A stretch of DNA of 63,947 bases, the filler included, from Ministeria vibrans ATCC 50519 (lineage: Eukaryota; Protista; Filasterea), in assembly GCA_943704425.1 (NCBI GenBank). It is 7 parts of 7 records of this genome, joined end to end, with 100 filler letters (N's around TTAATTAATTAA, not from the genome) between each part and the next. Parts side by side here need not be neighbours in the genome. Positions count along the whole stretch, not along the records: positions 1 to 20,163 come from CALSCP010001832.1; positions 20,264 to 23,239 come from CALSCP010001315.1; positions 23,340 to 26,709 come from CALSCP010001754.1; 4 more parts are not named here. The stretch is one strand, 5' to 3'. This document shows positions 11,865 to 24,482 of this stretch, in pieces. Position 1 is the first letter of the stretch. Every line of letters begins with the position of its first letter. Below the pieces are notes generated by a model. It did no database searches. It worked only from the letters and a program-made list of their open reading frames with translations, and had not been told where the DNA came from. Both the position numbers and the translations under genes were made by a program.

Positions 11865-14800
11865 ATGTCAGACTCTCAAGATGCCGCGGCGGCTCTTCGG
11901 CGCGAGGAGCGCCAAGCACGCCGCGAGCGTCTTCAGGCCGAGCTGCAGGCGGAAGAAGAACGCATGAAAAAGGCGCGGGAAGAGCGTCGGCGTCGTCGGG
12001 AGGAGCGCGACAGTGCGCGTCCGGCCACTCTCACTGCTGCCGACCCCCACCCGGCATCGTCGGCGTCCCCGACGGCCGCCACATCCACCTCGCCGTCCTC
12101 CTCCAAGCCAGGCAGCCGCAAAGCATCGCTTGACCGCGAAACTCGCCGCAAACGCAGCGCCGATTCGGCAGCCGCCCTTCACCGTCTCAACGCCTCCGAC
12201 GCGAGCGCGCACGCAGCAGAAGCGGCGGCGGCAGCTGCATCGGCGCCACCCTCGACGACCCCGGCCCCTGCCCCTCCCGGCGGCGCGGTGTCGTCCCGCA
12301 CTGCGACGACAGCGCCCTCCAACGGCCGTCGCAGCAGTGTGGTTATCCTCGATGAAATCGAGCTCGATCGAAAGCGCGCCGTCGACAAGCGCAAGTCAGA
12401 CTTGGAAGAGCGTCGTCTCAAACTCGATCAGGATCTCAAGAAGACCGAAGAGGTTCGGTTTTCAACGAAACCTCATTTTTTATTATTGTTCTATAATAAT
12501 AATTATTACTATGATTTTTTTTTCTCGTGTCGCTGTTTTTCTTGTGTTTGTCTAATTGGCCGTATTTTGTAGGAACGTGAACGTCGACAGCGCGAACGAG
12601 AAGAACGCATTCGAAAGCGTCGCGAAGAGGCTGAAGATGAAGAGAAGGCCACCGAAGCACTCCTAGAGAAGCAGGTAAGCAGTGACAAAGGAACACACAC
12701 AGACGCACAATTATGTGTGTACAGAACATATGTAGACATACCCTCGTATGATTGTTTGATTGAATATCTGATATACATTTTTCATAGCGTCACCGTCGTG
12801 AGACGGAACGGGAGGAGGAGAGGCGCCGTGAGGAGGAATCGCGACTCAAAGCGGAGCGGGAGGCGTCGGAACGCGAGGAAAAGCTCAAGGCTGAACGAGT
12901 GCGACGACAGGCGGAGCGCGAGGCTCGTCAACGCAAGATCCAAGAGGAGGCCGATCGTGAGATGGAGGCGTTGCAGAAGCGTCGGGATGAACGCGAGGCG
13001 GCACGCAAGGCAAAGGAGGCTGAGCGTCTAAAGGCGGAGGAGGAGCGAGAGGCGGAGCGTCTGGCGAAACGGCGGGCAGCGGAAGAGGCGCGTGCCAAGG
13101 AGGAGGAGGAAAGACGTGTCAAGGAGGAGGAGAAGCAACGCGTGTTCGCCGAAGAATCGGCACGTCGCAAACAAGAGCTGGAGGCGATGCAAGCCAATGC
13201 CATCAAGACATCCGTTGAGCGACGATCAAGTCAGGAGGTTGAGGCGCGGAAGGCGGCGGAGGCGGAGACGCAAGGCAAGGAGAAGGAGCGCACAGCGGCA
13301 CTGGTGCGACGCATGAGTCAAGAAGATGCCAAGTGGGAGAGACGACGCTCGCAGGATTTGGTCGAGCGACAGCGGTCGCAGTTCATGGAGGAAGGATTGA
13401 ACTCACACAAGGTTATGGAAGAGGGGAAGGAGGAGGCAAAGAAGAATAAGAAGAAGAAGAAAGAAGAGGAGGAGAAGGAGGAAGAGGACCCATTGAAGAA
13501 ACTGGAGCGGGAACGGGCCGAGCGACGAGCCAAACGCGATAGGGAGCTGGTAGAACAGGCGGAACGGGCGGCGGCGGAACGCAAGACTCGCTTGGAGAAG
13601 GAACGAGCGGAGTCAGAGCGACGTCAAAAGGAACTCGAGGCGGAGCGAGAGAAGCGAGCAGCCGAGCGGAAGATGGAGATTGAGCGAGAGCGGATGAAAG
13701 GCGAAGCAGAGCGAAAGCGACGGGAAGAAGAGGAGGTGGAGCGTGAAAGGGCGCGACAGCGAGCGCGGGAGGAGCGCGAGGCTGAGCGACGGGCCGCACG
13801 TGAACGACAGCAAAGCGGTAGTGGACAGCACAAGCGACCGTCGGTCGATGCAAACGTGTTGCCGTCCACGCTCAAGAAGCAGTTGTCGATGCCTCGTGAG
13901 GAGAAGAAGAAGGAGGAACGGAAAGTCGTGTCGCGGAAAGCCAGCGAAGTCAAGGCGATGTTTGAGCCCAAGGCGGTGACCAAGAGCACCGAGAGTTCCG
14001 TGGCAGCGAATACCACTCGTGGTGAAGATGGTGAGGATGGTGAGCTGTTTGCGGCATTGGAAAAGGAATTGGCGTCCGCTTCATTGGCTGAGAAGGACGA
14101 GGTTATTAGCCAACTGCTTGATTCCAAGAACGCCCCGTCATCATCATCATCATCATCGTCCTCGTCGCGCCCTCCTGCCCGCAAGGGCTCGACCACCACT
14201 GTTTCGGGAAAGGCCGCACCATCAAAGACGACAGCGACGAAGACGACGGTGATTCGTTCGCCACCACGAATGCGTCGATCGACCACGGCGTCTGCACTGG
14301 GCACAAACAGCAGCAAGGCCATGACAACGACACGCATTTCATCGCCTCCCAGCCATCGTCGTGGCTCCTCATCCACATCACAGGCGGCGAAGACCCATGA
14401 GGATGCCAGTGCGACCGTCGCGCGTATGACCCGCCGTAACACCGACGTGGACGTCGCGTCGCCCCGGTCGTCTGAGACTACCCGTGCCGCGGCTAAGCGG
14501 ATGCCGTCATCTCTGTCGCCGTCTGCTTCGGCTGCTCAGAGTGCCTTGGACAAGCGCAACCAAGAGCTTGAGCGCATCGCCATGTTGCGCAAGAAGACGC
14601 GGGACGAAGAGCACACCAAAGTGGAGCGACGCACTAGTGGTGGTCGATTTGAAGGCGTTGTGGCGGCCGCATCGGCATTTACACCGCTGGCGGGTCGCGT
14701 TGCGTCGATCAAGCAGCAAGTAGAGCCCAAGGGCACGACCGAGGAGAAACACGCCAAGCGTGAACTCGAGCGACTCGCCAAGGAGCGCGAGAGTGCGCGT

Positions 14801-17800
14801 CTTGCTGACGATGCACACGAGCGTGAAGAACTACGCCGCGTCCAGCAGGAGCAGGAGACGGCGACTCGTGCGAGACGCGAGCGCGAGCGAGAAATTGAAC
14901 GTCTTGCGCAGGAACGCGAGAAGGCGCGTCTCCGGGAGGAACAGGAGGAACGCAAGCAGCGCGATCAGCGTGATCAGGCGATTCGCGAACGTGAACGCGA
15001 GCTCAATCGGATTGCAGACGAGCGTGAGGCAGCGCGCCTCAGGGCCGCAGGCTCGACGACTAGCCCCGTCAAACGCAAGACAAGCAGCGGTGGCATGGCG
15101 AGCGTCGCGCCCGGTGGTGGTGCCGCCGAGAGTGGTGGTACACTGGAACGCATTGCGGCGGAACGTGAGCGTCGCCAGAAGGTGGAAGCGGAGCGTGAGC
15201 GAGAGCGCAAGGCACATCTGATGCAGGAACGTCAGCGAAGTCTGGGACAGCGCGAGATAAAGGCGGCTCTGGGTGCGACACCCGTGACTGCGGTCAATGA
15301 CACGGCGGTCAAGCGAGGAGAGGAGCTGGAGACGACAAAGAAGGCGGCTCGCGATAAGCTGCAGGCGGAGGAAGCGGAGCGAGCGAGTCGTCTAGAGGAG
15401 AAGAGCAAGGAGCGCGAGGCGACCCGGCTGGCTGCGTTGCAGGTTGTTGAATCTGCACGGCAGGCAGAAGTCGAAAAAAAGCAACGCGATGAGCAGGAGA
15501 CCAAGGTTAAGGTTGAGAAGACGGCCGCGTCTGTGTCGGCTGCGGTGGCCGCCGAGACTGCCAAGACGGAAGAGTTGTTGGCGGAGCGCGCGGCAAAGCG
15601 GGTGGCGGCGCGCCGTCTCTCGTCTGAAAAGTCAGCAGCTGACCGTGCTGCCATGCGTGCGGCTGTGCGGAGCCTCTCGCGTGAACGCACCGTGGAGGAA
15701 GAGGAAGGCAAGGGAACGGAGACGAAGAATCATGACGAGAGTGTACCGGCAAAGGCAACGTCGTTGGCGCGCGCTATGTCGGTAGACACGGAGACGAAGG
15801 GTGACGAGGAGTCAATCGCGCCCATGTCACCGGGTCGTCTTGACGGACGAAAACTCTCCGAAGTTGCCGCGCCCCCACCCATGCTGCAGGAAGTGCCCGT
15901 CGTGGAGGTGACGCTGGACGAAACACCTACACCATCCCGACTCATCCACGCCACGCGCAGCCGACCCAAAAGTGTGTCGTCTCGTCGCCAGACGCAAGGC
16001 AACCCCGTGCGACGAACTATGCGATTGGGACAGTCTACGAGCGAACTGTTGTCGTCACAGGAGGAGGCAGGTGGCAGTGGCAGTGATGACAACGGCGACG
16101 ACAAGCTGCCGCGCGCAAGTCGGAGTGTGAGCTCGTCCTCGGCGATGGACGGGAGTCTTGAGGTGATGGGCGCGCCCGAGCCCAACAACGAGGACGGACT
16201 TGGTGAAGAGCCCTCGTCGTCACGACCCACAAGGGGTCGTCTGCCTACGAGCCCGCCCTGGTCACCGCCGGCGGGCGTGCGCTCATCACCGCGCATTCGT
16301 CCGTTGAGCGAGTCGGCTGTGGGGAGCGCCCGTTCGTACCGCACGCCCCATGGCGTGTCCAAGGAAGACGTGGGTGGAGGACGCGATGGGAAGCGACGAG
16401 TGATGCTGCGCGACTCGTCGTTGCCCGTGAAGGAGTTTGAGCCACGCATGTACCTGTGCAAGGGCAAGCGCAAGGTGTATGTGCAGGTGGTACCGGCGGC
16501 CATGTCGTCATTGTGCGCCACCGACGTGTTTGTGTACGACGCGCGCGAGTCAGTCTTTGTCTGGTACGGCAAGAAGGCGTCGCGTGTGATGCGTGCCAAG
16601 GGACTTGACCTGAGCACGCGCATCAAGGACCGCGAGCGTGGCGGCAAGGTACCCGTCATTTCCTTTGATCAGGATCAAACGGGGGGCAAGCCACGCGACA
16701 AGTTGCGCTTCTACAGCGAACTCAGTGGTTCGGTTGACGAAATTCGTGGCGCCGACAACAGCATGGACGATTCGGCGTATGAGAAGGCGCTTGCGCCGCG
16801 TGTGCGCTTGTACACGCTCAGCGAGACGAGCATGACGACGGACGATGCGAGTGATGCCGTGGGTGATTGGCAGCATGTTGCGTCGGGCAAGGAGCTCAAG
16901 ACGACGCTACTCGACTCGTCGCGTGTGTACGTGCTCGACGCGTGGTGCGCCATCTTTGCCTGGCTTGGGGCACGCGCCGAGGGATCCTGCCGCACCAAGG
17001 CGAAGAACTATGCGACGGCTCTGGTGAGTCAGAAGGAGTCGCCGGGCGAGGCGGAAGTTGCGGCGGCCGAGCGTGCTTCGCGACCCGACACGGCCTACTA
17101 CGAGATTGTCCGTGACAAGTCGGAGCCGTCCATTTTCAAGGAGCAGTTTGTCGATTGGGCCGAGGGCATGACGTTGCATGTGCGTCCCGTTAGCAACATT
17201 GAGCGCAAGGAGAAGACGCCGTATGTCACGGGTGCCGACGTGGTTCATGTGGGCACGGCGGAGATGGCACGGCAGATCAGTGAAGAGGAAGGAGACGCGC
17301 TGCCGGACGAGCGGTGGATGCAGGAGGTGCGCGGCGACGATGGCAAGGGCAAAGTGACGGTGTACGCAGTGGATGTGGGTGGCAAGGCTGTGGAGGTGGA
17401 TCGCAAGGAGCACGGCATCTTCTACTCCGCCGAGGCCTATGTGATTCTGTACGAGTTGAGTGTACGCGCTGACGCGCACATTCTTTATGTGTGGCGCGGC
17501 GATGACACGCCCAAGAAGCGCGTTGGCAATGTGGTGCCGGTTGCAATGGATCTGGGCAAGCGGTTCTCGGCGTCACACGTAAACATTGAGCAAGGACGTG
17601 AGCCGGTGCACTTTGCAAGTATGTTTGGCGGTCGCATTGTGGTGTCGCGGGGTGCGCGCGTGGACGCAGGCAAGGCATCGCTACAGCTGTACCAGGTGCG
17701 GGGTGACGCAGAACGTGTACATGCTGTCGAGTGCGACACGGCCCACGCCGACCGGCTCGTCTCCGACTCGTCCTTTGTTGTGCTCGCCGGTGGTGATGCC

Positions 17801-18718
17801 TTTGCCTTTGTCTGGCACGGCAGTCGCTCGACGCCCGCTCAGCGCGAGGCGGCCCTAAGCAGCGCGACACTTCTGACAGGAATTGCGTCTCCCGAGAGTG
17901 CTAAGCAGGGTGCTGAGCCACCGGCGCTCGTGTCGTTGCTCAAGATGGATACGAGTGTCGCACGCAATGCAGGTGGTGGTCCAATGGGACGTGCGCGTGC
18001 CTGGCAAGTGAGTAGTGTTGAGGGTGCCGGTATGGATGGCAAGGTGACGACGCAGCGTATTCATTTTCTGAAGCAGGTACCAAGTGAAGCAGAGAAATAA
18101 TGATGGTGTGTGTATGTATTTTGGTGTTGACATCGGATGTATTTTTTTTTTTTTTTGTGTGTGTAGGCTGACTTTGATGACGAGTCGTGTCTGCTGGTGG
18201 ATGGTGGTGCGATTGTGTATGCGTGGGCGGGACCCTCTGCGCGCCAGAGCGATGTGAAGGTTTTGCTTTTATTGGCACACGAGTATGGGCAGCGGGTGAC
18301 GGGTGCGCGCGAGAAGGACGGGGTTTTGGATGGGTATGAGCATGCGGCGGATGCCGTGGTGGCGGTGAGTGCGGGCGAGGAGCCTGTGGGACTGCAGTCG
18401 CTGGTGTGTGGGTGGAGTCGTCGGTCGTCAAGGGATCAGCACAAGCGACGCACTGCGCAACACGCACGACACTCGATAGTGTCGACGGGCAATGTGGCAG
18501 CACTGCTCGAGTTAACACAGCAGGAGACGGTGCTGTCACTTGACGCACTGCGCACCACTCCACGCGACCAACTGCCCCCAACCGTCGACAAGGCGCGTCT
18601 CGAGCAGCATCTCAGTGCCTCAGACTTCCTCCAGACCTTCGCAATAGACCGCTCCGCCTTCAATAAGCTCCCTCTGTGGAAACAGGTCGTCTTGCGCAAG
18701 AAGGCCGGCCTTTTCTAA
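11865..18718 (+). CDS. Giant villin/supervillin-like protein: long E/R/K-rich helical N-terminus, gelsolin repeats, villin headpiece
   Basis: Gelsolin-repeat motifs RMYLCKGKRKV, DVFVYD..VFVWYG, HGIFYSAEAYVILY, QGREPVHF; headpiece VDKARLEQHLS..F..LPLWKQVVLRKKAGLF; introns about 12453-12572, 12675-12787, 18077-18166. Confidence 0.92.
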
Positions 18719-18862
18719 GTAAAAACTCTTCTATTTATTCGTAACGCAAAAAAAAAAAAGTTGGCGAAAAGTTGAAAAGGACCCAAAATCAAAAAAGAAG
18801 AAAAAGACATTATATTGAGTGGTCTGTACAAATAATAGAGAGTGAGAGCGAGTTTGAGTCGG

Positions 18863-19879
18863 TCAGACAGTGCGTTCCATATTTTCACGCACTCGCGCAT
18901 AGTCCGCCTGGACGTCATCATCGTCGTCGTCGAACTCTAGATCCTCCAGGGTATTCTACACAAACACAAGAAAGATTATTCAAAGTGGACCATGCAATGA
19001 CAAGAATTGAATCGTTTCCTTCTTCTTCTTTCTTTTCTCTTGAATTCTATCTTGTTTGCATTGTGCAAATCTATTTACCTGGTTGCTGAGTCGGTTGTAG
19101 TTGTTGCTGCCCGGGCGAAGTCTAAAGGTATGCGTTGTGTCGTCGACGACATCCTTCAACTGGAACACATCGCGAAGCGTGTGGCCAATGGGCAGTTTGG
19201 AGCAGTTGGGCATGTCCTCGTACTCGCGCGACGGGAAGGCGTACGCGTGGAGAAGAGCCGCAAAGAACATTTCGATGCAAATGAGGAAGTCTTGAAGGCC
19301 CGACGAAACGTCGTCGGCGGTGTAGGTGCCGACATCGTGAACGACGTTGAGGGCACTGAGACCCGCAATGACCATGCTCTGCCAGAAGGAGAAGAAGATG
19401 ACCACCTTGACGCAGAGGAACTTCCAGACGGGCCGAAAGGGCGCCAAGTCGGTGTGGGTGGCGCGATAGAAGACGAGAAGACCGTAGAAGGCAATGGTGA
19501 TGGAGACATTGTCAACAATGACGAGATAGGTGAAGGCACGGTCGAGACGCCACTCGCCACGGCCGTACGTGTGTGTTGCCTGGAAGATGATGGTGAGCAG
19601 TGCCACGACGGGCTTGAGCACGACAAACTGCATGAGCGACTGTTTGACACGCAGCAAAAAGTTAGGGTGGGCCACGGAAATGGGACGGATGCACTTGTCC
19701 AAGGGCCAACTGTGCGGCAGAGGGGTTTTGCGGGCGAGCGTGCGCTGGAGCTCCTGCTCGCCGTCGAGCGCACACACAAGAAGGGCAAAGAACTGGTAGA
19801 GGACGTACGCTTCGTAGACGTTGCGGACGGTGTTGAGGTAGAGTGAAGCCTGCACAAAGCGAAGGGAAAACCAGGAGTC
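18863..19879 (-). CDS. TMEM184/organic solute transporter alpha family membrane protein, 5'-truncated at contig end
   Basis: SWFSLRF..VRNVYEAYVLYQF, QFVVLKP, KFLCVKVVIFFSFWQ, LQDFLICIEMF..LHAYAF; last exon ends RENMERTV*. Confidence 0.9.
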
Positions 19880-20129
19880 TACAGAGAGAGCAGCAGCAGC
19901 GGTGAGCGAGCGAGCGAGTGAGAGGGAGAGAGAGAGCGAGAGAGCGAGCGGCAAACGAGCGCCGCAAGCACACACAGCGCGGCCCCGTTGACTCGCAGCG
20001 CCGCATGGGTGGTTCGCTGGTGGACGTTGCGTGCTGCGGGGAGTGGAAAAACGAAGCGAAACGCCCGCATTGCGAGGGAATGACGTTGGAGGTTCACGGG
20101 ACTTTTTCTTTCGTGTCTTTCGTTTGTTC

Positions 20130-20163
<34 letters not shown>

Positions 20164-20263
20164 NNNNNNNNNNNNNNNNNNNNNNNNNNNNNNNNNNNNN
20201 NNNNNNNTTAATTAATTAANNNNNNNNNNNNNNNNNNNNNNNNNNNNNNNNNNNNNNNNNNNN
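20164..20263. other. Artificial contig linker N44-TTAATTAATTAA-N44
   Basis: Exactly 100 bp, stop codons in all six frames, identical copies elsewhere in the window. Confidence 0.98.
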
Positions 20264-20606
20264 CAGATCGTTGGAGAGAGTGCGTACGTTGGCCCTTGAC
20301 GGGGGTAGGCGGGTCCAGAGAGAACTACAAGAGCAATAGAGAGCGAGAAGGTGAGAATGCGATTTTTTTTTCTTCTTTTTTTGTTTCTAATCTTGTGACT
20401 TACCGCCGTGATGTGGAGGTGATCGGAGGGCTGACCTAAAGGGATGCAGAGGGAGTGTGTGAGGGATGTGGTGGGGCCGGGAGCGGGCGCTGCGTACCGC
20501 AGTTGGTGATGGGAGCGTCAAGAGCCGACTCGACGATCGAGACGGGCTTAGCCGAGCACATGCCGACGGCCGCGACAAGCAGCATCATCATCACAATCTT
20601 CATCAT
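20264..20606 (-). CDS. ML-domain (NPC2/MD-2/PG-PI transfer) secreted lipid-binding protein, N-terminal exons only
   Basis: Signal peptide MMKIVMMMLLVAAVGMCSA, then spliced ITNCG-QPSDHLHITA-FSLDPPTPVKGQ, a typical ML-domain N-terminus; cut by contig end. Confidence 0.7.
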
Positions 20607-20928
20607 TATCGAAACTGAAAAAAATGAATGAGTCAATTGCCAAAGAGATCGAAAGTTTTAAATAATGTTTTGGGATGATCAATGATGTTTGACTCACAGA
20701 TGACAGACGAACTAACCACAGCAAACTGCAAAGATATTGAAAGAGTATGCAGTATGCAGTATATACTATATACTACATACTTGTACTTTATTCTTAATTT
20801 ATTATAATTACGTCTTCTTATTTATTTTTAATACGAATTGATGTTGGTTGAAGAGAAAAGCAATGATCAAAATATATAAGACAGGTACAGAAAGATAGAC
20901 ATTTGTACATTTTGCACATTGTGAGGAT

Positions 20929-22237
20929 TTAGGCCTCAGCAACAACCACAATGGCGCCAATGACAATGATCACGCCAATGGCCATGAGCAGACGGGCCTT
21001 GCGTCGGGTGCCCTTCCACTCGCCCAGCACGACGCCCGCAATGTTGGCCGTGAGGATTTGCGCTGAGAGGTACACGGGCCATCCAAGCACAAGACCCAAC
21101 TGCGAGCCCAGCAGATAGGTCCCAACGCCATAGATCACATTGGACTCAAACCACAGTACGGCCATGAGGAAGCACATAAAGTGATTCCACAAGACGTGAG
21201 GGCCGCGCCAGAGAAAGTGCCACGAACGCGCTTTGGTGATCTTCCATCCACTGTACGGCAGATTCATCACTACCCCTCCGCACACGGCCAGTGGCCACAG
21301 TGCATTTTGCGAAACACTAAAATCACAAAGCATTATTGGTTTAGATCATTCAGTTGCTCCAGCTCGGCTCATTGGGTACGTTACCTCCGACTGGAGCACT
21401 GAGCGCTCTTGGTGATGACTGCGCCATACGACAGTGCCAAGTTGAGACACGCCGAGAAGACGCCCGCAAACACCGCAACAGTGATGCCTCGCACAAACCG
21501 GCGCTTGGGCGGAGGGCCCGGCATTTGGAGGGTGGGGTCGTGGGTCACTTCGATTTCGCTGATGAGCAGTCTCGTCTTCTCCTCGAGTGCCCGCATCTGG
21601 TCGCGTTCCTTAAAGTAGCCGGCCAACCCAAGAAACACAAGGCCCAGTGCCACCATTGCAAGCGAAATCCAAATAAAGATACCAACTTTTTGAGTTGCTT
21701 CGTCCATATGAAAGATGAGGAGGGGCATTGCAGAGCCCAGCGACGACCCAATGCCCAAAATCACCGCAAAGGCGACCGAGTTCCCAACGTACTTGACCGC
21801 CAGACCAAACAGCACAGTGCCAATGCCCCACAGCAGCGATAAGCCAAGCACTGAGGCGAAGAAGAGAGGGAGAGGGAAGAGAGTGTGTGAGCGACATTCA
21901 AAAGTCGATTCTGCCGCATTGTACCTGCACCAATGACTTTGGGATCCACGGAAGTGTAGACACTCCAGGTGTCGGGACACACGGCAAAGGCATTGATCCA
22001 AGGGAGGATCCCACCGCCCCACAGGGCATAGACAAGCCAGGTGTGTTCTTGCTTCCATCCGTTCTATCGACAAAGGGCGGAAAATGAACACCCTTGCAAG
22101 CGCCGTACCACGCGCCACAGACACACGCTGCACGGAAGAAGACAATGGGCACATACCACAAAGCGCATTGGCGTGGTGTACGAGCCGGACAAGAGACCGG
22201 CTGCGGCTGTGACGAGCACCGCTGTGGCACTGCCCAT
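20929..22237 (-). CDS. RhaT-like (L-rhamnose/H+ symporter family, DMT superfamily) sugar permease
   Basis: GLLSGSYTTPMR, GWKQEHTWLVYALWGGGILPW, LWGIGTVLFGLAVKYVG, LGWPVY..LTANIAGVVLGEWKG resemble bacterial RhaT; at least 3 spliceosomal introns. Confidence 0.85.
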
Positions 22238-22522
22238 CCCGGGACGAGCAGAGGAAAATTTAAAAAAGAGACTGTGTGTGTGTGTGAGAGAGAGAGAGGA
22301 AACCCCGCACAGCCCAATAGAGTCAACAGGCTCCACAGCGACCGGTCAAACAGGTAGGAGGACTACAAGAAATCTGAATATCTGATAAGTTTTCTTATTT
22401 GACCATTTGACACGCGGCTTTCTTTTTCGAGTAAATAATAGTAAAGGACAGGTACTTTTTGACGTTGCATTAAGACAGGGGGAAAAAGACACATATTCAG
22501 AGAGAGAAACCCTCCTCCTCGT

Positions 22523-23201
22523 TTAAAAGGTGGTGCGCTTGCCCTGGAAGCCACCGCGACCGCCGCCACGGCCGCCGCCGAAACCACCGCCACGGCCACC
22601 GCCGCCACGGCCGCCACCGAAACCACCACCACCACCACGGCCGCCGCCGAAGCCACCGCCACGGCCACCACCGCCACGGCCGCCGCCAAACCCTCCACGG
22701 CCACCGCCGCGTCCACCAGCACTGCCGGGAGTCTGCTCGCGGTTCTCAGAGGGGTCCAGACGCACGGCACGGCCGTCGAGGTCTGCGCCGTTCATGTTCT
22801 CAAACGCGCCCTTGGCGTCGCTGTGCGTCTCGAAGGTAACGTGGCCAAAGCCGCGAGGTCGCTCTGTCTCGCGGTCCGTCGCAATGCGCGCCGACACAGC
22901 GTTGTACTCGTGGAAAAAGTCACGAAGTGTGTCACGGTCAACGTTCCACGACAGGTTGCCGCAGAAGAGTGTCGTGTAGCCATCGCCGGCCGACGGTGTC
23001 TTGGGCGTCTCGGGCGCCTTCTTGGCTGGTGTCTTGACGTCGTCGTCCGACGAGTCGGAGTCGGAGTCGGAGTCTGACGAGTCAGCCTTCTTCTTCGATG
23101 CCTTTGCCTTCTTGTCCGAGTCAGAGTCCGAGTCCGAGTCCGAGTCCGAGTCCGAGTCCGAGTCCGACGATTCGTCCTTCTTCTTCTCAGCGACCTTGGC
23201 C
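22523..23201 (-). CDS. Nucleolin/Nsr1/Gar2-like protein, 3' part (acidic SD repeats, RRM, RGG tail)
   Basis: (SD)n tracts, RNP2 TLFCGNLSW, RNP1 RGFGHVTF, RGGF repeats, terminal FQGKRTTF; 5' part lost at linker. Confidence 0.88.
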
Positions 23202-23239
23202 TAATAAGAGAGAGAGGAAAAAAAAAAAAAAAAAAAGAG

Positions 23240-23339
23240 NNNNNNNNNNNNNNNNNNNNNNNNNNNNNNNNNNNNNNNNNNNNTTAATTAATTAANNNNN
23301 NNNNNNNNNNNNNNNNNNNNNNNNNNNNNNNNNNNNNNN
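23240..23339. other. Artificial contig linker
   Basis: N44-TTAATTAATTAA-N44. Confidence 0.98.
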
Positions 23340-23427
<88 letters not shown>

Positions 23428-23622
23428 CTCTCAAACTCTCAAACTCTCTCTCTCAAGCTCTCTCTCTCAAACTCTCAAACTCTCTCTCTCTCAAACTCTC
23501 TCTCTCTCTCAAGCTCTCTCTCTCTCAAACTCTCTCTCTCAAACTCTCTCTCTCTCAAACTCTCTCTCTCAAACTCTCTCTCTCAAACTCTCTCTCTCAA
23601 ACTCTCTCAAACTCTCTCTCTC
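23340..23622. repeat. (CT)n microsatellite grading into CAAA(CT)n compound repeat (intronic)
   Basis: Read directly from sequence. Confidence 0.95.
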
Positions 23623-23632
23623 TATTTTTATT

Positions 23633-24482
23633 ACTGTGATGGACTCGGTGCTTCCTGTGGTAAAGTCCCAGGCGAGCTGAAGGTCTGATTGATCAACGCC
23701 CACTTTGGTGAGAGCCGCGAAAATCTCTTTGAATTCGGTGCGTCGCCCCTCAATGTCGTAGTCGCTCGTCGGTGTGCCGTCACGGAGCTCCTTGAACGCC
23801 TTGCTCGGCTCGTACGTCGCCCCATTGGTGTCCTTCAGGGTGCGGTAGGCTACGGCATAGCGGGTGTTGTCGTCGAGACGCGCCGCAGGCCACATGATGA
23901 GCGAGCGCTTCTCGGTGTTCTTTGTGGTGTGATCCAGCTCGAGCCAGTGCGCCACACGCTCGCCCGTCTTCATGTTGAGCAGGACCGACGGCGACGTCGA
24001 CTCGAGAGACAGCGCAATGTTGAACTGGCGCGACAGACGCGCGTCCAAGAGGTTCAGCTTGCGAAAGAAACAAAGAATCGAAGGAAACGGCGAGAATCCG
24101 TCGAGCTGGTTCCATCCTGCGTCGGGGTTGATTGGAGATCCCTCAATGGGCTTGGGCATTGCTTCGGGCGACAGGAGCAGTCGCAGGCCGGTGGGAGTCG
24201 ACGAATCTGCGCAAAGGAGAGAAGAATGAGCATATGACCTTGTGACGTGCGCTGCCCGTGAGAGAACACGAACCGGGGCGAGCAAAGAAGTTGTTGGGGA
24301 AGGGGAAGGGGCAGTAGGAGGGGTCGAGAGGGTCGCATGGACCAAAGGTGTCTGAGAAAAGAGAAAGAGAGAGAAGAGAGATCAACACAAAGCAGCGTCG
24401 GAATTGTTGGTGTACCATTTGAGACGCTTTCGGCCAGGCCAGACAGCGCAAGGGCTACCAAGAGGGTGAGAGCCAGTTGCAT
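23633..24482 (-). CDS. Secreted bacterial-type protein resembling the N-terminus of actinobacterial/myxobacterial lipase-like alpha/beta hydrolases; 3'-truncated
   Basis: Signal peptide MQLALTLLVALALSGLA; spliced CDPLDPSYCPFPFPNNFF..DSSTPTGLRL..WNQLDGFSP..PAARLDDNTRYAVA..LQLAWDFTTGS. Confidence 0.65.

Noticed and set aside
12928-19846. Many long antisense or alternate-frame ORFs over villin and TMEM184 (likewise over SHMT, the flavoprotein and the reductase)
   Set aside because: Shadow ORFs expected from GC-rich codon usage; no recognisable motifs.
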